The notes below the pieces were generated by a model. It made no database searches. It was not told the DNA's origin and saw only the letters and a list, made by a program, of their open reading frames with translations. Below, one piece after another: positions 1-13,507 of a stretch of 57,471 nt of DNA (the first letter of the stretch is position 1; each line of letters starts with the position of its first letter). The stretch is from Phoronis australis. Lineage: Eukaryota; Animalia; Phoronida. Both the position numbers and the translations under genes were made by a program. The stretch is from NCBI GenBank assembly GCA_002633005.1, contig NMRA01000752.1, positions 1-57,471 of the forward strand, given 5' to 3'.

Positions 1-199
1 CACCAAGCCTGGTATACCGTGAACTAGAAAGCGCAGTATTTTACAAAGACAAGGAAAAGTGAAAGTACGCATACGTAAAACTGCTTAGGCAAATCTCGTT
101 CAAGGAGTAACTTGATCTGACATAACTGAGTTTGTGTATTCTCCTGCATGACTCATCACAAAGATGTAGTTACTCATTTCAGTAGAAACCAATAAGCGT

Positions 200-2830
200 G
201 TCCAGATAAGATGAGTACAGCCTAACAATAGAGGTGATGAGCTTAAAAGAACTGCGGAAAACATTGACGTGTCCTGGAAGTAGTGTGTGTAACGCGGCTA
301 CTGTTACTTGTGCATGCATGCAGACTTGTAGGCATATTGTGTGGAATATGAGAAGAAAAACATGTATAACCAGTTGAAACAGATTGGGCTCTGAACTGTT
401 TATATTTGCCAATCAAAAAGGTGTTTTAACACTTCAAATATTTTTGTAAATGATGCCAAAATCAATTTTTAATCTGATTTTAATGAGCAATTTTAGGAAT
501 GAGACACAAAATGAAAAAATAGGTCTTCTTACATATGAAGAAGTCACAAAATGCTTGAAAAAAATGAAAAACAAAAAGAGCCCAGGCTCTGATGGTTTTT
601 CAGTGGAATTTTTAAACTTTTTTTGGGCTGACATTGGACATTTTGTTGTTCACCTACTTAATACTGGTTTTGCTGTTGGCCAGGTATCATTAACACATAG
701 ATAGGGAGTGATTACCTGCATCCCTAAGGGAGCAGATAAAAGTAAACTTTATTTGAAAAACTGGAGATCCATATCCTTACTCAAATTGACATACATGTGT
801 ATAAATTGGCTTCTTCGGCTATGGCTGAACGGTTAAAATCTGTTTTGGGAAAATTAACCAGTAAGGACCAGACAGGTTTCTTTTCTGGGAGAAATTTGAA
901 CGAAAATATAAAAATGATTTAATATTTTATGCCCAGGACTGTTTTACTGATTGATTTTGAGAAAGCATTTGACTCACTATGGTGGAATTTTATTCAAAAA
1001 ACTTTATCTTTCCTTTACTTTGGTTGGTCGATCAGAAGGTGGGTGAAAGTCTTTTACAGTAATATTAAGTCATGTGTTTTCAGAAATGGTCACCCATCTT
1101 CCTGATTTAATATTTCACGTGGCTACAGACATGGTGACCCTTTGTCTCCCTACATTTTCGTGATGTGCGCGTAGATTTTGGGGTATTTCATCAAGAATAA
1201 TGAAAATATTGCTGGTGTAGTTGCAGGAAAAAAGGGGTATTCTAATTTCGCAATATGCAGACGACACATCAATTACGTTGGATGGGTAGAATTTGTCATT
1301 GAATGCACTACATCTGTTTGCTAGTGTCTCCTGTCTCCAAGTGAATGTGGACAAAACAAAACCATATGGTTTGGAAGTAAAAGTGGAAGTGATGACATGA
1401 TTCCTACAAATGAAAGTCTGCCTGTGGCTGGATTTTGACCCTCAATTAGATAGTATGACGCATAACAACTTCACTGCAAGAATAAGTCTTTTTTAAAAAG
1501 TTGGAGTCGACGACGAAATTTAACGCTGTTTGGTAGAGTAACTGTAATTAAAGCATTAGCTATTTCTAAACTTAATTTTTTGTTGTCAAGCTTACCAAAT
1601 CCACTAGAAAAAAATCTTGGGTGAATTGAATACGACAGTTTTTAGATTTGCATGGCAGGCTCGTAATGATAAAAGTAAACCAACTACGGCTTGTTTAAGA
1701 CTTGATCAGATGCTTAATATGCATTCTTTCAGCAAAGCTTTAAAACTCGCCATGGCCCGTAGATATCTTGAAACCCCTGCGTCTAAAAGTGAGGAATTAC
1801 TGTTACGTACTCACTCTACCCGTTCTTAAAGAATTTTGCTTCATTTGGAGATGACTTTATTAACTTAAAAGTCGAAGTTAACTCTAATTGGTAATTCCTA
1901 CTGGCACTACGTATTTGGAAGTATGACATCTTTCTACAAGAAAATAATTGCTGCGAGTGAAGAGGTCTTTTTGAATCATCCTTTGTGGTTTAATAATAAC
2001 TTGGCGATCGGAGGCACAAGTGTTCTTTTATAAGAATTGCTCTGTAAAAGGCTTAAGATTTATTAGAGATATGTATAACTCTGATGGTGATTTCGTTAGT
2101 TTGAACCATATGGAAAACGGGTTTGATGTAAAAACCAACTTTGTAGAATATAATGGTGTTGTTTCTGTTCTAAGAATGTTTCAAAAAAGTATATTTCAAA
2201 GTAAATTTAAAAATGTTAATGTCTACTCTCTTTGCATGTGTTTAGCAATTACTCACTTACGGAAACATTTGAAGGGTTGTAGACATATTTGTTCAGTCTT
2301 TAATGAAACGTTCTATGTCCGAGTGTGAATGGAAATAGAGTTAGGAGGTAGTTTAAATTGGAAGAAAATATACGCATTGGCTTATGAAATTACATAGGAT
2401 CCCAACATTAAATGGTTCAAATTTAGAATACTGCACAGGATTATTGCAGCAAATTCCTTTTTATTCAAAATCCGTGTTCGGGATTCTAATTTATGTTCCT
2501 TTATTAATAAAACTCCAGAGACGCTGTCACACCTTTTTTAGGAATGTCGCCTTGTACAAGATTTATGGAAGGAATTCGGAAAGTTACTTTAAAAGTTAGT
2601 GTTGAATTCAGGTTTCCAACTATCTCTCTTACGAACGTGTTATTCTTGGACTTTATGAGACGCACGATTTTCTATTTAACATTTTGCTTCTACTATCCAA
2701 ACAGAACATCTACATGGAGAGATGTCACAAAAATATACCAAATTTTCACAGGTTTATTACATATACTTATGTGTACTATAATGCTGAAAAATTAATTACA
2801 TATAAAAACTTTTTATATGACAGCTTATCT
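200..2830 (+). mobile_element. Decayed L1/Tx1-clade non-LTR retrotransposon ORF2 (RT plus C-terminal Zn-binding region), many stops and frameshifts
   Basis: Ordered motifs across frames: KKSPGSDGFSVEFLNFFW (~570-630), GVITCIPKG..KNWRSISLL (~705-785), LIDFEKAFDSL (~947-980), RHGDPLSPYIF (~1126-1160), ISQYADDT (~1245-1268), then PLWFN and an ETLSHLF-type tail near 2520. Boundaries approximate. Confidence 0.9.
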
Positions 2831-4443
2831 GCGAAATAGGGAAAAAATTCTTTGTTCACGTTAACTCCATGTAGAAATTGTTTACTTTATACGAGATACG
2901 AGAATTGTCTCCCCTGAGGTGTACATGCGAGAATAAATGGGTATACTTATTTGTTTGTTTGATAATAAATACCTGAAAAAAGCTTACGAATTCGACGCAG
3001 CTGTTCATCCAAAATATTCTATTCACTGTACTTCTAGAATCACAAAAATACTGATACCTCATCTCTCGGAAATGACCCTCAGCCTCATGTTGATTAGCCC
3101 ATGCCTTCAGGTACACTAAGTTCACGTGAGACGGTGAAAAGCCTACTAACAGTTTCACTGGCAAAATACTAGCTAAAACACTAACGTTTCATCTAGAATG
3201 ATATTAAAGCTTTCCGCGAAAGGGTCGTTTTTGCCAGTCGAGTTCGCCAGCACGATGCTGTCACAGTGTGATAGCATTGTTGTCAAACTCGACTTAAAAA
3301 AGTTGCCTGTGTGTTTCCACATTGACGACACATATTGTTTAATTGCTCATCATAACACATTGTTGAGCTCCTCTTCTCAGAAGGTCACCTTTTGTAAGGG
3401 GTGAGGGGTTAATGTCGACGGCCTGCACCAGGAACAAATCTTCTATTAAGCATCCCCCTTGAATCCGCCTCTGCAGTTCTGTCTGTATTGTACAGAATAT
3501 ACTCGACGTTGCTACCACGTGGACAACATAAGCCAGTGGCGTCACCCAGTAAAGCACACTGAAATATCATTTCATCCTCTTACTTTAAATCCCACCTCTT
3601 TGGACAGTCACAACGTAGCGACAACTTGAAAACGACTTTAAGGGAATGTACAACATTTCTCAAAACATTCGCAAGGGGTCGCACCCAAGAGAGCCGCAAG
3701 GACTCGCATTATTGCTCGCGAATAATTTGTTTTCAAATTATTACAAAACCGTCGCAGCTGTCTTGAACCCAACTCGAAGCCTTCGCAAGGTTTTGCGAAA
3801 AAAATGCAAGAAGTGAAATGAGGACACTTCAACTTTGGTTTGCACCCCAAAGGACGATTCAGCTGCACGGGTGAGGTAATTTCACCTTACGAGCGTTTGA
3901 GGGACCCCTATCTGGGCACGTGTGAACACCATATAAATCTTCCGCTTGAAAGGCTTAAGACAAATGATGTACTAGGCACACAAAAACAGGTTTAGGCATT
4001 TTTGCATTTACCATCAATTTTTGTTTGTTCTGAAATCTCTTACTGACTGTAACCTGTCCACACATATCCGGCGTACATCTAAAGGTGTTTGAAAAGCATT
4101 ATTGAGGCCGCGCTGCGTCGAGGGGCGTTCTTACGCGTGCGGAAAAATACCAACGACTGGGCTACAAAATAGTTTTGTGAATTGCTTATGAACGGCCACA
4201 TCAAGAGTTCGTACGCACGCAATAACAAAAAATTCTACGATGTTCGCAGGCTTTTGCAATGGTATTTGTACAAGCAACTTAAAGGAAAATACCAGATCCG
4301 AGCCTATAAGGACAAAAATCAAAGTAGTTTTTACAGAATTTCCATGTAGGTGGATTTAGCTGCTGCTGCAAAAAAAAAAAACATTAAGAGCGTGAGGAAA
4401 TACTGAGCACTGATTAATTCCGGTGATACATAATATGCGGCTG

Positions 4444-4686
4444 GAGGAGGCAGTGTGGCCGGGTTGATAAGTGCCCGCTTTCTTTACTCGAGGTCGTGGG
4501 TTCATGTCCCACAAGGTCACAATGCTGAACCCTTGAGCCAGGTGTCTAGCTCCTCAGCTCGGTTTTAACCATATATTAATAAAGCATAAAAATATTTCCA
4601 GGTGATCAGTGTAATGGGCCCATATGCAAGGCCTGTGCACGTCTGGTACAACGTGTATCAGACCGTCTGCAATTATTAAATTATAC
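4444..4686 (+). mobile_element. tRNA-derived SINE, copy 1, with 12-bp target-site duplication
   Basis: tRNA-like head with A-box and B-box (GGTTCATGTCCC). The body is shared with the copies at 5555 and 15738. AATATGCGGCTG is duplicated at 4432-4443 and 4687-4698. Confidence 0.88.
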
Positions 4687-5554
4687 AATATGCGGCTGAG
4701 GGGGCTCAGACCTGATAGCACGTGCCTGACGGCCTGCACTAACGGCTTTCCGTAGTACGAGGTCCAGAAATTCGAGCCCCCGCTTTTTCGGGCCAGGTCT
4801 TCGCATACAATCGCAAAACACAGTTGCCCTAGACAAAATGTTGGTCCCCCTTATAATATCCTAGATCCGCCACTGAGTTACCGTTACATTACAGTTATGT
4901 ATATGAACAACGACATCAAAATTGTTGCACTTATTGATGGTATTACTAACTATTATAATAATGAAGTTGGTACTAGTCTCGTAATCAATTCGGGCCGTTC
5001 GTGGCAACTTTTACAAGTGACCAGATGTGTTTGCGTGGATGACAGGATCGTGCAGACGATTACCGGACACTTGATGTTATTACACCGCGTCCATCACGTA
5101 CCTTGAACGTGCGTGGTGGCTATACCATAGGGTAACAAGGACCTAGAAATAAATGTCTACTCTTACATAGCGCAGCGAGAGCACCGAAAAAGTAGTATGT
5201 GAATGTCTAAAACCGATCACTCAACAAATAGAAGAATAAATTAAGTTTGTTATATGTTACGGTACAGTGGCCCGCATAATGAAGTGCAGGCTTTTTTGAA
5301 TTTCGAATTGAAAGTGAACGTCGAATATTTTGTTCATGCAGTGATCGATTTGGTTGTGGATTAGTGGATAATATGCAGTTTTGTGTGCCTTTTCATTTTT
5401 TGAATTAAGTAGACGTAACTTCAATAGGCAGTCCTGTGTCGTCGCTCAAAAAGAAGACCTTTCACTACCGTGTGTTCTTGTACTGAGAAAATTCCGCCGA
5501 CGCGCACATTCACATTATTTGGAAAGTATTGGTTTGGACCTAATAAAAACTGTA

Positions 5555-5788
5555 GAGGAGGCAGTGTAGCCTGGTTGATAAGCGACCGCTTTCTGCACTA
5601 GAGGTCGTGGGTTCAAGTCCCACCAGGTCGCACTGCTAAACCATTGAGCCAGGTTCTTAGCTCGATTTTAACCTTATATGAATAAAGCATGAAATTGTTG
5701 CAGGTGATCAGTGCAATTGGCCCACATGCGAGGCCTGCGCACGTCTGGTACCACATGTATCAGACCGCCTGCAATTGTTTTTTTTTTT
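5555..5788 (+). mobile_element. tRNA-derived SINE, copy 2
   Basis: Same family: GAGGAGGCAGTGTAGCCTGGTTGATAAG...GGTTCAAGTCCC...TCAGACCGCCTGCAATTG followed by a T-run. Flanked by TAATAAAAAC(T/C)GT at 5541-5553 and 5789-5801. Confidence 0.88.
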
Positions 5789-6073
5789 TAATAAAAACCG
5801 TTGGTTAATGAAAAAATCTCCCCGTTCAAATTGTTGTCAATGGCGCACGACCTCGCCGACTTCATACGAGCAGCAAATTTGATGGGATTTGCAAGGTTAC
5901 ATGTCACCGCGCAGAATGTTCACTGCTCTGAAGGTCCACTACTCCGAATGTTCACTATTCCGAAACCAGTTCCCAAATCCGACAGTTTATTGCACTGAAC
6001 GTCTACTAATGAGGCAGTACTGACATGAATAAAATATAGTATTTGTGTCCATTTAGTAACCATTTAAAGTAGG

Positions 6074-6148
6074 CATGGGCGGGGCACCATAGCCGGCTGA
6101 GGGGGGAGGGGCTATACCCCACTTTTTCAGTGCTTAGCACCGCCCATG
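6074..6148. mobile_element. Short GC-rich MITE-like element (CATGGGCGG...CCGCCCATG); related copies at ~6481-6605 and 42028-42167
   Basis: Terminal inverted repeats, and an internal GGGGCTATA..CCCCAC core shared among the copies. Confidence 0.55.
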
Positions 6149-9100
6149 TTAAGGGTGTGCAAAAATTGAATAGGTCTTAAAACGCTGATTGCATCGTATG
6201 GAAATGAGCTCAATTCAAATCACTAACAATCATGATTCTTGAATCTAAAACGACTCATACTCAAACAGGGACATCTGGGGCACGGGGATATTTTACTTCA
6301 CGTCTGCGGCGACAAATGGACGGCTTTAAATTTTCGGATACCGGATATGACTCTCTGACTTGATTAAGACTAGCACGGATAGGGCAGTCTACTGCTAGTT
6401 TCGACCCCGCAGTCATGCGCCTAGTTCCAGTGCGGTGGGTGAAGTAGCGGAAAAACTTTTTAGTCGAGCTGTTAAACGATCATGGACGGCGCCCGGGTAC
6501 CCCACCACTTACTTCAGTGGTTTACCGCTCATGGTCCACGGACAGCGCACGATAGGGGGCTGGGGCCTATAGCCCACCACTTATTTCAGTCCTGCGCCGC
6601 ACATGAGATGGGATCTTAACATGGAATTTTAAATGCACCGTGGTTGATAATTCATTATTATTCCTACTTCATATTCTTTTAAATATGCAATTACATATTA
6701 ATATTTTTGTATTCGTAAGACAAGACACACAAACTTTGTGTATTAGTACCCGGGCGTTGTTTTCGGTATACATGTAGGTACACCGGCCACTGTGTCCAAT
6801 AACTGAAATATCTTCTATATTGTTTATGGATTTTTCATATATTTTCTGAGTTGTGAACCTTAAGAGTAGTGAACTCTCGGAGTAGAGGGCTGATCCCATT
6901 TCCTACGCTTTGAATAGCTCAAGCAACACGGCGCAGAATTTCATGTACACCTGACAAAAATTTCGTCAAGACAATCTCCGACTAAATATTTTCTTCCGAG
7001 CATGGAGTTTTTAAAATCACTCATTTAAGCACGCATGGTTCAATAGTTTGTCAGAAGGTAACGCTCAGTAATCCAGAAAGTGAAATTTCTAAACCACATC
7101 AGTTTGTTGGATAGGCCTTTTAATACCGTCTCATCTCAGGAAAACGGAGCTGAGAGTCATCGTCGTGTATACGGATTTCCCTTCCGCCGAGTTTAGATGT
7201 GTAAGGGCGCTACAAAAAAGCAGTGCCAACGTTTGCGAAATATTATGAAAAGGTCCACCGTTTTAGAAATTCGAACCATCCCCCCACACAATGCTGGTTA
7301 CGGGACTGTAAGCTTAGGATGCACACAAACACTACATTATGCATGGAGTATCAAATTAAAAGCAAGGAGTAAATTTAAAAAAAAACATCATGTTTATGGT
7401 TCAACAGGGATTCGCACAGATACCAGGTACTGTGCACGGAAAGGAAAATATATGTCTGTTTGTGGCGAAACAGTGGTCCTCAACAAAGCGGGTTTTACTA
7501 AATCTATCTATAACATTTTGTTGCAAAAGTTGGTTAACATATTATCTCTCTCATCCTTCTCTCAGGCAGTAGCAGAAAACGTAAAATAAAGCATGGGATA
7601 TCTTTAAAAGAATAATAAAATGAAAACAGTCTTGGCCATAAATATAACATAAGTCGCTAGAACAAACTCGATTTTAAGTATACACTGTATGCGCCTAACC
7701 GCACGCGATATAGAACCGTCCATAAACCACTTAGTGGTGAGAAACAACATGTCGAGACTGACATCGTGACGATACGTGGCCCAAATAATTACTGTGTAGC
7801 GCACATCAACGTCATGGAAATTGTATGTCGTAACGGAGACGGATGATTAGAGCTCCTGCGTTCCTATTATTGTGGTTAGATTATCTTCAGTCCATTTACA
7901 AAATCTGCGTGTAAATTTGGACGTCGTATTGGGTTTTCTACAATTCCAAGCTAATTGCGAAAAAGACAGCTCTGCAAGAATGGCATCTTCGTCTGATCTC
8001 TCGCCTTAGCTAGACTAAATGTTATCGCATGTGAAGAGACACTATTTGTTCACGTTGGGCGGTTTAAGTAAAATATATAATAAAAACTATACCTTCATAG
8101 AAACCAAACAAGTCGTGCTTATGCCACATAAAGTACATTTATTTAGCGACTGGGTATGAATGCATTAAAATTTCAACTAAACAAGTAAAACACGACTTTG
8201 AAAGGTTTTCCCATACGTGCGGAAAACAAGATGGCGGAAGGGAGTGTGATATTTCTTCAGACTAAGCTTACACATGTAGGTCGCTGCGTGATGTGGAATT
8301 TTATCAGGTTTGCAAGAACAAATGTCTTCCGAGCCAAGAGATCACTCCTGAACAGAGTAAGGAATAAGAAAAGTTCGTCACGATACCAGTGCATTAAATC
8401 AAAATTTGTTTTTGACAGAAAGCATGCATTTTATTAAACTTTATGAATGGCGACAGAAACAGCGATTAAAATCCAACACTTTTCATTATGCAAACGACTC
8501 TAAACCGGTTCACCAGTACACGAGGCTAAGCTACACATACACGTACTGTACATAAAAACGGGTCCTTGTTATTGCCACTAGTGCAGGGTAATATGCTTGA
8601 TTTAAGAAAAGGAATTCGATATCACCAAACAAACATAAAAAATTGCGATCAATGCTTTTGGCTGTTGTAACAATGCAGAAGGTCGGAATATGTTTCTATC
8701 ATTGGGTGTTTTGGAAATTCAACAAAAGGTTGTATTGATCTGTTCGTGGGAGACGCTTGTGTAAAGCGAATAATATATTGCTGCATAGCTAATTTGATGA
8801 TATGTAAACATGCCACTGGACATTAAAAGCATTGATAAATTAAAAATTCATAGGTAAGTTATTGACAAACAGACAAATAAAGATTACTGTGTTTTCAGGA
8901 TGGTAAAATGAAAGTATCACACTTGAAGAACGTAATACAAAAACAAAAAATGAATTCAATTTTCGTAGCAGACAAAAATTATTCGAAACTGGTCCTTGCG
9001 CATTTGATGCTAAAATAAATCAGTTGGATCTTTTTTGAAAACTTTTTCTGGGGTCTGAGCTTTATGGCATCTGTGCATAACTTGAAACCAGGCGCGGGTT

Positions 9101-10939
9101 TAACTTCGCATGTTATTCCTCACGTAAGAATCGTGTATTTTCAAGTGGGCGCGATTTCCCTTAACAAAAAGTGATGTGTATTATTCTACACGATGCGCAC
9201 CCTCGCCAGTACATAAATCTGAAAGATTATGTGTTCAAGTTTGACATAAACAAGTGCGGGTAACAGGAATTTTAGGTAATCATTACATCCGTCCGTCATC
9301 TGATTCTGATACAGCAATGTGAATTAAAAAATAATAGCGGGAAGACATTACCAAGATCCTGGTATTGCTGTCAACATGATGCTGCAATAAAGATCATTTA
9401 CATATTGTATATGCAATTTGTCGCTGGCTAAAGTACGAAGTGTGACATTTTTACACATATTCGAACAGCATTTCCAGTAGTTTTGATGAAGCTAAAAACC
9501 CGTAAAATACATGACCTATTTTTACGTTTAAAACGACCAAATGTTATCCCTGAATGACTTTCAACGTGAAAATATTTCGGGGNAATCCACACAAACTCTC
9601 ACACACTGTGTTTCGCATAACAAATCCTTTTGCACAGTGTTTTTGCACTGTTGCAATAATGGAATCTTTCAAAGACGATTAGCTGGAAAAGGCACCATTT
9701 TGTAAGGAGTCAAAAGTTATGAACTGAGATCCCCCGAGAGGATCAAAAGGTCGACTCTAGGGTCACCGACATAGATCTTGAAAAAAATTTGGGGCATTAC
9801 TTTTGAAGTTATAGAGGATCATGAATATTTTGGTAGAAAATAGCCTATGTTTGGTACAAACATATTCACGGGAAAGAAAAAATAAATGCTTTAAATAAAT
9901 GTAGACATTGAACCTTTCAATCAAAATTTTCAAAGGGATTTCCGTTAACCTTCACTGGGGTGCAAAAACTCGGTAAATTTTGCCCACTTGATTTTTAAGC
10001 ATTTTCAGGTGGTATGGGGATCAGCCGGCGGGATGCTGGTGATTTCCAATGACATGTTTCACCACTTTGCTGTCTGACTAAGAAAATAAGGAAATAAAAA
10101 ATGATCTCTTTTGTTTATTTTTTAGTAACAGCCGATAAAAAAGACAGACCTACGCGTATTTTACAGTGCCAAACTACGCGCAGTATGCAACTGTATCTCA
10201 TAAATCTCATAAAGAGGCTTCATTAGTTTTTGCAAATATGATGATCAAATAAGTCGACGTCGATTACTTGCAATACTTCTGGCCCCCTGGTGCCAGTTTC
10301 TAAAACTAGATCTTTGTGCAGTGGATGATTTGCGATTTCACACCCGTTGTTGTCTGAAATCTATTCGAAACTATTTTTAAAATTCTTCACTTTTGCATAT
10401 CGAAGAAAATGATTTTTAAATCAAAATCGCGTAAACCTTTTTCGAACACAATAAATAACTGTTTAATTTCCAAACCTCATGTTCTGATATAATTACAAAA
10501 CTTTCATGATTTAAAAGCCTAGGAATACCGTACTTTGCTCTGAAACAATTAAGTAAAAAAGAATTTCATTCTTTAACTGTAATCTTGGCTTGCCAACCTT
10601 TTTCTACCTTTCCTTAATTGTGTGGCGATACGCGTCACTGCTCACTGTATGCCTGTGTATAAACCAGGGACCAGATTTCATGAGTTTGACCTGAGACAAT
10701 AATGGTCTGTCGGTTGTTTTCAAACTTATAAATCATTCCCTGTCCCAGTGAAGAACAAGATAAGACTGATCTTATATCCCTAAGTGGCCAAAATCAAAAG
10801 TTGATTTTCTAACAGAAGGCACAGATTTTGTTGCACCGTGGAAGCGAAAAGCTAAAAAAGTTTCAAACATTTAGGAGTAAATAAAATACTTATCAAAACC
10901 TCGTTAAATGTGGTTATGACAAAATATTTTGTTTTTCAG

Positions 10940-13507
10940 GTTAGCAATAAGTATCTGCCCTCAATTCAATTACCGACTAAGACATTCCCATGACGCTTTT
11001 AACGCGGCATTGAAACAACTCGAAGTGAAACATAATGGCCGCCGAACGGATGAGCAACGACTGAAGATTCGCAAGTTTCATGCGCCAACAGTAGCCAAGC
11101 TGGCTCTTGAGAGTATCTCACTCAGGGACTATCTTATGTATGGTACGCTCTTGAGAGTATCTCACTCAGGGACTGTCTTACATGTATGTATGGTACGCTC
11201 ATTCTCCGCGTGTTTCGCTCAAATTCAAATAATTGCCAGAATCTTTTATTCGTTTTTCAAGGGCTGATTACAGGCTTGCATATAATGAAGAACATTAGCA
11301 AATGTTGTTTTATGACATCTAAAAAGTGCAATCCATATTTGTAATGGACTAAAGTGTTATTAATCTTAATTTGGAGGAGAAATCTAATAGAATAGCTATA
11401 AGAGGTGGGCCCAATTTTTGATAGCCGTGTTTGGAAGCCATTGTTTTGCATCACCTAAACCGTAACTCAATGTGAAATTAAGCGTTGACCTTGTCCTGAC
11501 GTGCTCAGTACACTATAAAAGTACAAAGTACAAAATGTGATGCAATTGGTTGTTTTGGCACCTGAATGTAAGAATTCAGCGTCGCAGTAGCGTTCGCCGT
11601 GACGGGAAATGGCGAAGGAAATTTCCAATAGAGTTAAGGTTCAGGAAAACATTGTTATATGATCAAGATTTTGCCATAACGATGACTATAAGCGGAATTC
11701 ACTGTCATGACGGGAACTGTAGTTTATACATCGATTATTATTGTTTTCACCATCTGTGAACTGGCCTGAATAACAGTGTATCAGGAATTCAACTTCCCAA
11801 AATAAGAAACCAGCGATAACTGGTTGTTTAGTGCCACAACAGTCTTGGATCCAATTGTTAGGAGTGTTAAGTTTAAACTAGTAATTTGTTTTGTTTTGTT
11901 ACTGATTGTGTAGTTCACGGAACTTTAAACCAATAAAGAACGTCATTATCAATAACACCTTTATACGAATTAAAAATCATTATGTAATCAGCTATCCACT
12001 TCTTCACCAGGAATGCCTCAAATGACGGAGTCTTGAAGTAGGGCGAGGCTAGTACGGGGTCGTTTACTCTTGTGACATGTGGGCTGTCTTCTCACGCCGT
12101 GTGCTGTAAAGACTGTGGTGCCCCCTGATGAGAAGCACTGGAATGACTTAGCTTTAGAGTTTTACTATACCAAGTAAGAACAGGTGTCTTGTTCATTTAA
12201 TTTGAGCATTGGAAGTTGTTCATGGTAGACATCTTCAATTGTTTGCTAATGTTTATGTTCATGAGTTTAATTAGTGTTTTTCAGTTAGTAGGAATATAAA
12301 ACATCATTTTTTCAAAATTTGGGAGCTCTAAACTGGCATCTTTTTCGTTTGAAACTGATTCCATATCCTTCGCAATCTGTCATTTTGTCTATTGACATGT
12401 TGGCTTTCTTCCATCAGAAATGTGCCAGAACACGACCGTGTAGGGGTTCTGTCATTGACTCTAATTACGGCGGAGGTCTTGCTGTCTTGCTCATTATCGA
12501 CAGGCTCACTAGAGACCTCTACTCAGCGATAAGGACAGGGCTAGACTGGCCAAGCAGGTTAGTGTATAAGGTCGCTATTCTTAGGATCATCTCCCATGTA
12601 ACTTTACACTGATATTTCATCTGTTTAGTTTGGGTGATGTGTAGCTGTGACCATGAAGTAGCAATTTTCAGAGTCTGAACACATCAGGTAAGGTAGTTAT
12701 CTAATTATAAAACATAATAATTTCAGCACAGCCAATGACAAGTTGACTTACAAACATTTTGAGAACTAGATTGATGGCTCTTATTCAATGGAGAAAACTG
12801 GTTCCGAAAACGCGCGACCCCTGCAAGCGACTAGTGCTGAATATTTTATATTAATATATGCTTGACACTATTTGGTGGAAGCGATCCCTTTCACTTGGTC
12901 TGTTCACAATTATTTACGTGGGTACATTTCTTCGACGGATATTGCTCTCATTGTTACGATTAGTATTATGTTATACTAATCGTTTTCACTCCTCTTTCTC
13001 ATGTAGACTTCAAGTTGCCATAGATGCAGTAGAGGGAATGAGGTTTCTACATAATCAAGGTCTGGTACATCGTGATATCAAGCTGAAGAATGTGTTGGTG
13101 AGTAGCACTGACTCACAGAATATCAGACAGAAATATCAGCCTGATATGTGTCCATAGCAACCAAACTGACATGTATTCTCACTGGCAGTAGGTGGGGATA
13201 AAATCAATGTCTTGTTTAAACTGACAAATATTTTTTGTGAGTTCCGTAAAAAATTGCTCAACTGTCAGTCAATGGGCATGTTTTGCCAACTTATTGGACG
13301 ACATCTTTGTATTGTTTAAGATTACTAGTAATTTTTTTTTCAACAATCAGTAAATTTCCAGGCTTCAGCTGTTCCTGTATGTAGGACCCATTATTCTGTT
13401 ATTGTTAAGAAACCTGACGTTCTTTCAGCTGGACAAGAGGAACCGAGGGAAGATAACCGACCTGGGCTTCTGCAAGCCAGAGGCAATGATGAGTGGCAGT
13501 ACTGTGG
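10940..13507 (+). pseudogene. DSTYK: DSTYK (RIPK5/Dusty) kinase pseudogene fragment with five exons: 10940-11142, 12011-12173, 12418-12557, 13007-13097, 13429-13507
   Basis: AG/GT-bounded exons translate to [134 protein letters not shown] and [27 protein letters not shown], all recognisable as DSTYK. Lesions: in-frame TAG at 12050-12052 in the Gly-rich loop, two frameshifts in exon 2 and a frameshifting deletion in exon 3. No further upstream or downstream exons were found. Confidence 0.9.
11103..11200 (+). repeat. Tandem duplication (44 bp + 50 bp) of a DSTYK exon 3' end and its splice donor
   Basis: GCTCTTGAGAGTATCTCACTCAGGGACT.TCTTA(CATGTA)TGTATGGTAC occurs twice in tandem. Confidence 0.9.

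Noticed and set aside
4444-4520. Functional tRNA genes at the SINE heads (also 5555 and 15738)
   Set aside because: They continue into a shared ~170-bp body with a tail and TSDs, and the cloverleaf is imperfect.
6780-6952. Possible - strand exon (CAG|GTG...SALYSESSLLLRFTTQKIYEK)
   Set aside because: It contains an in-frame stop, has no recognisable family and has no partner exons.
10940-13507. Functional DSTYK gene
   Set aside because: A stop codon in the Gly-rich loop, several frameshifts and no C-lobe exons.
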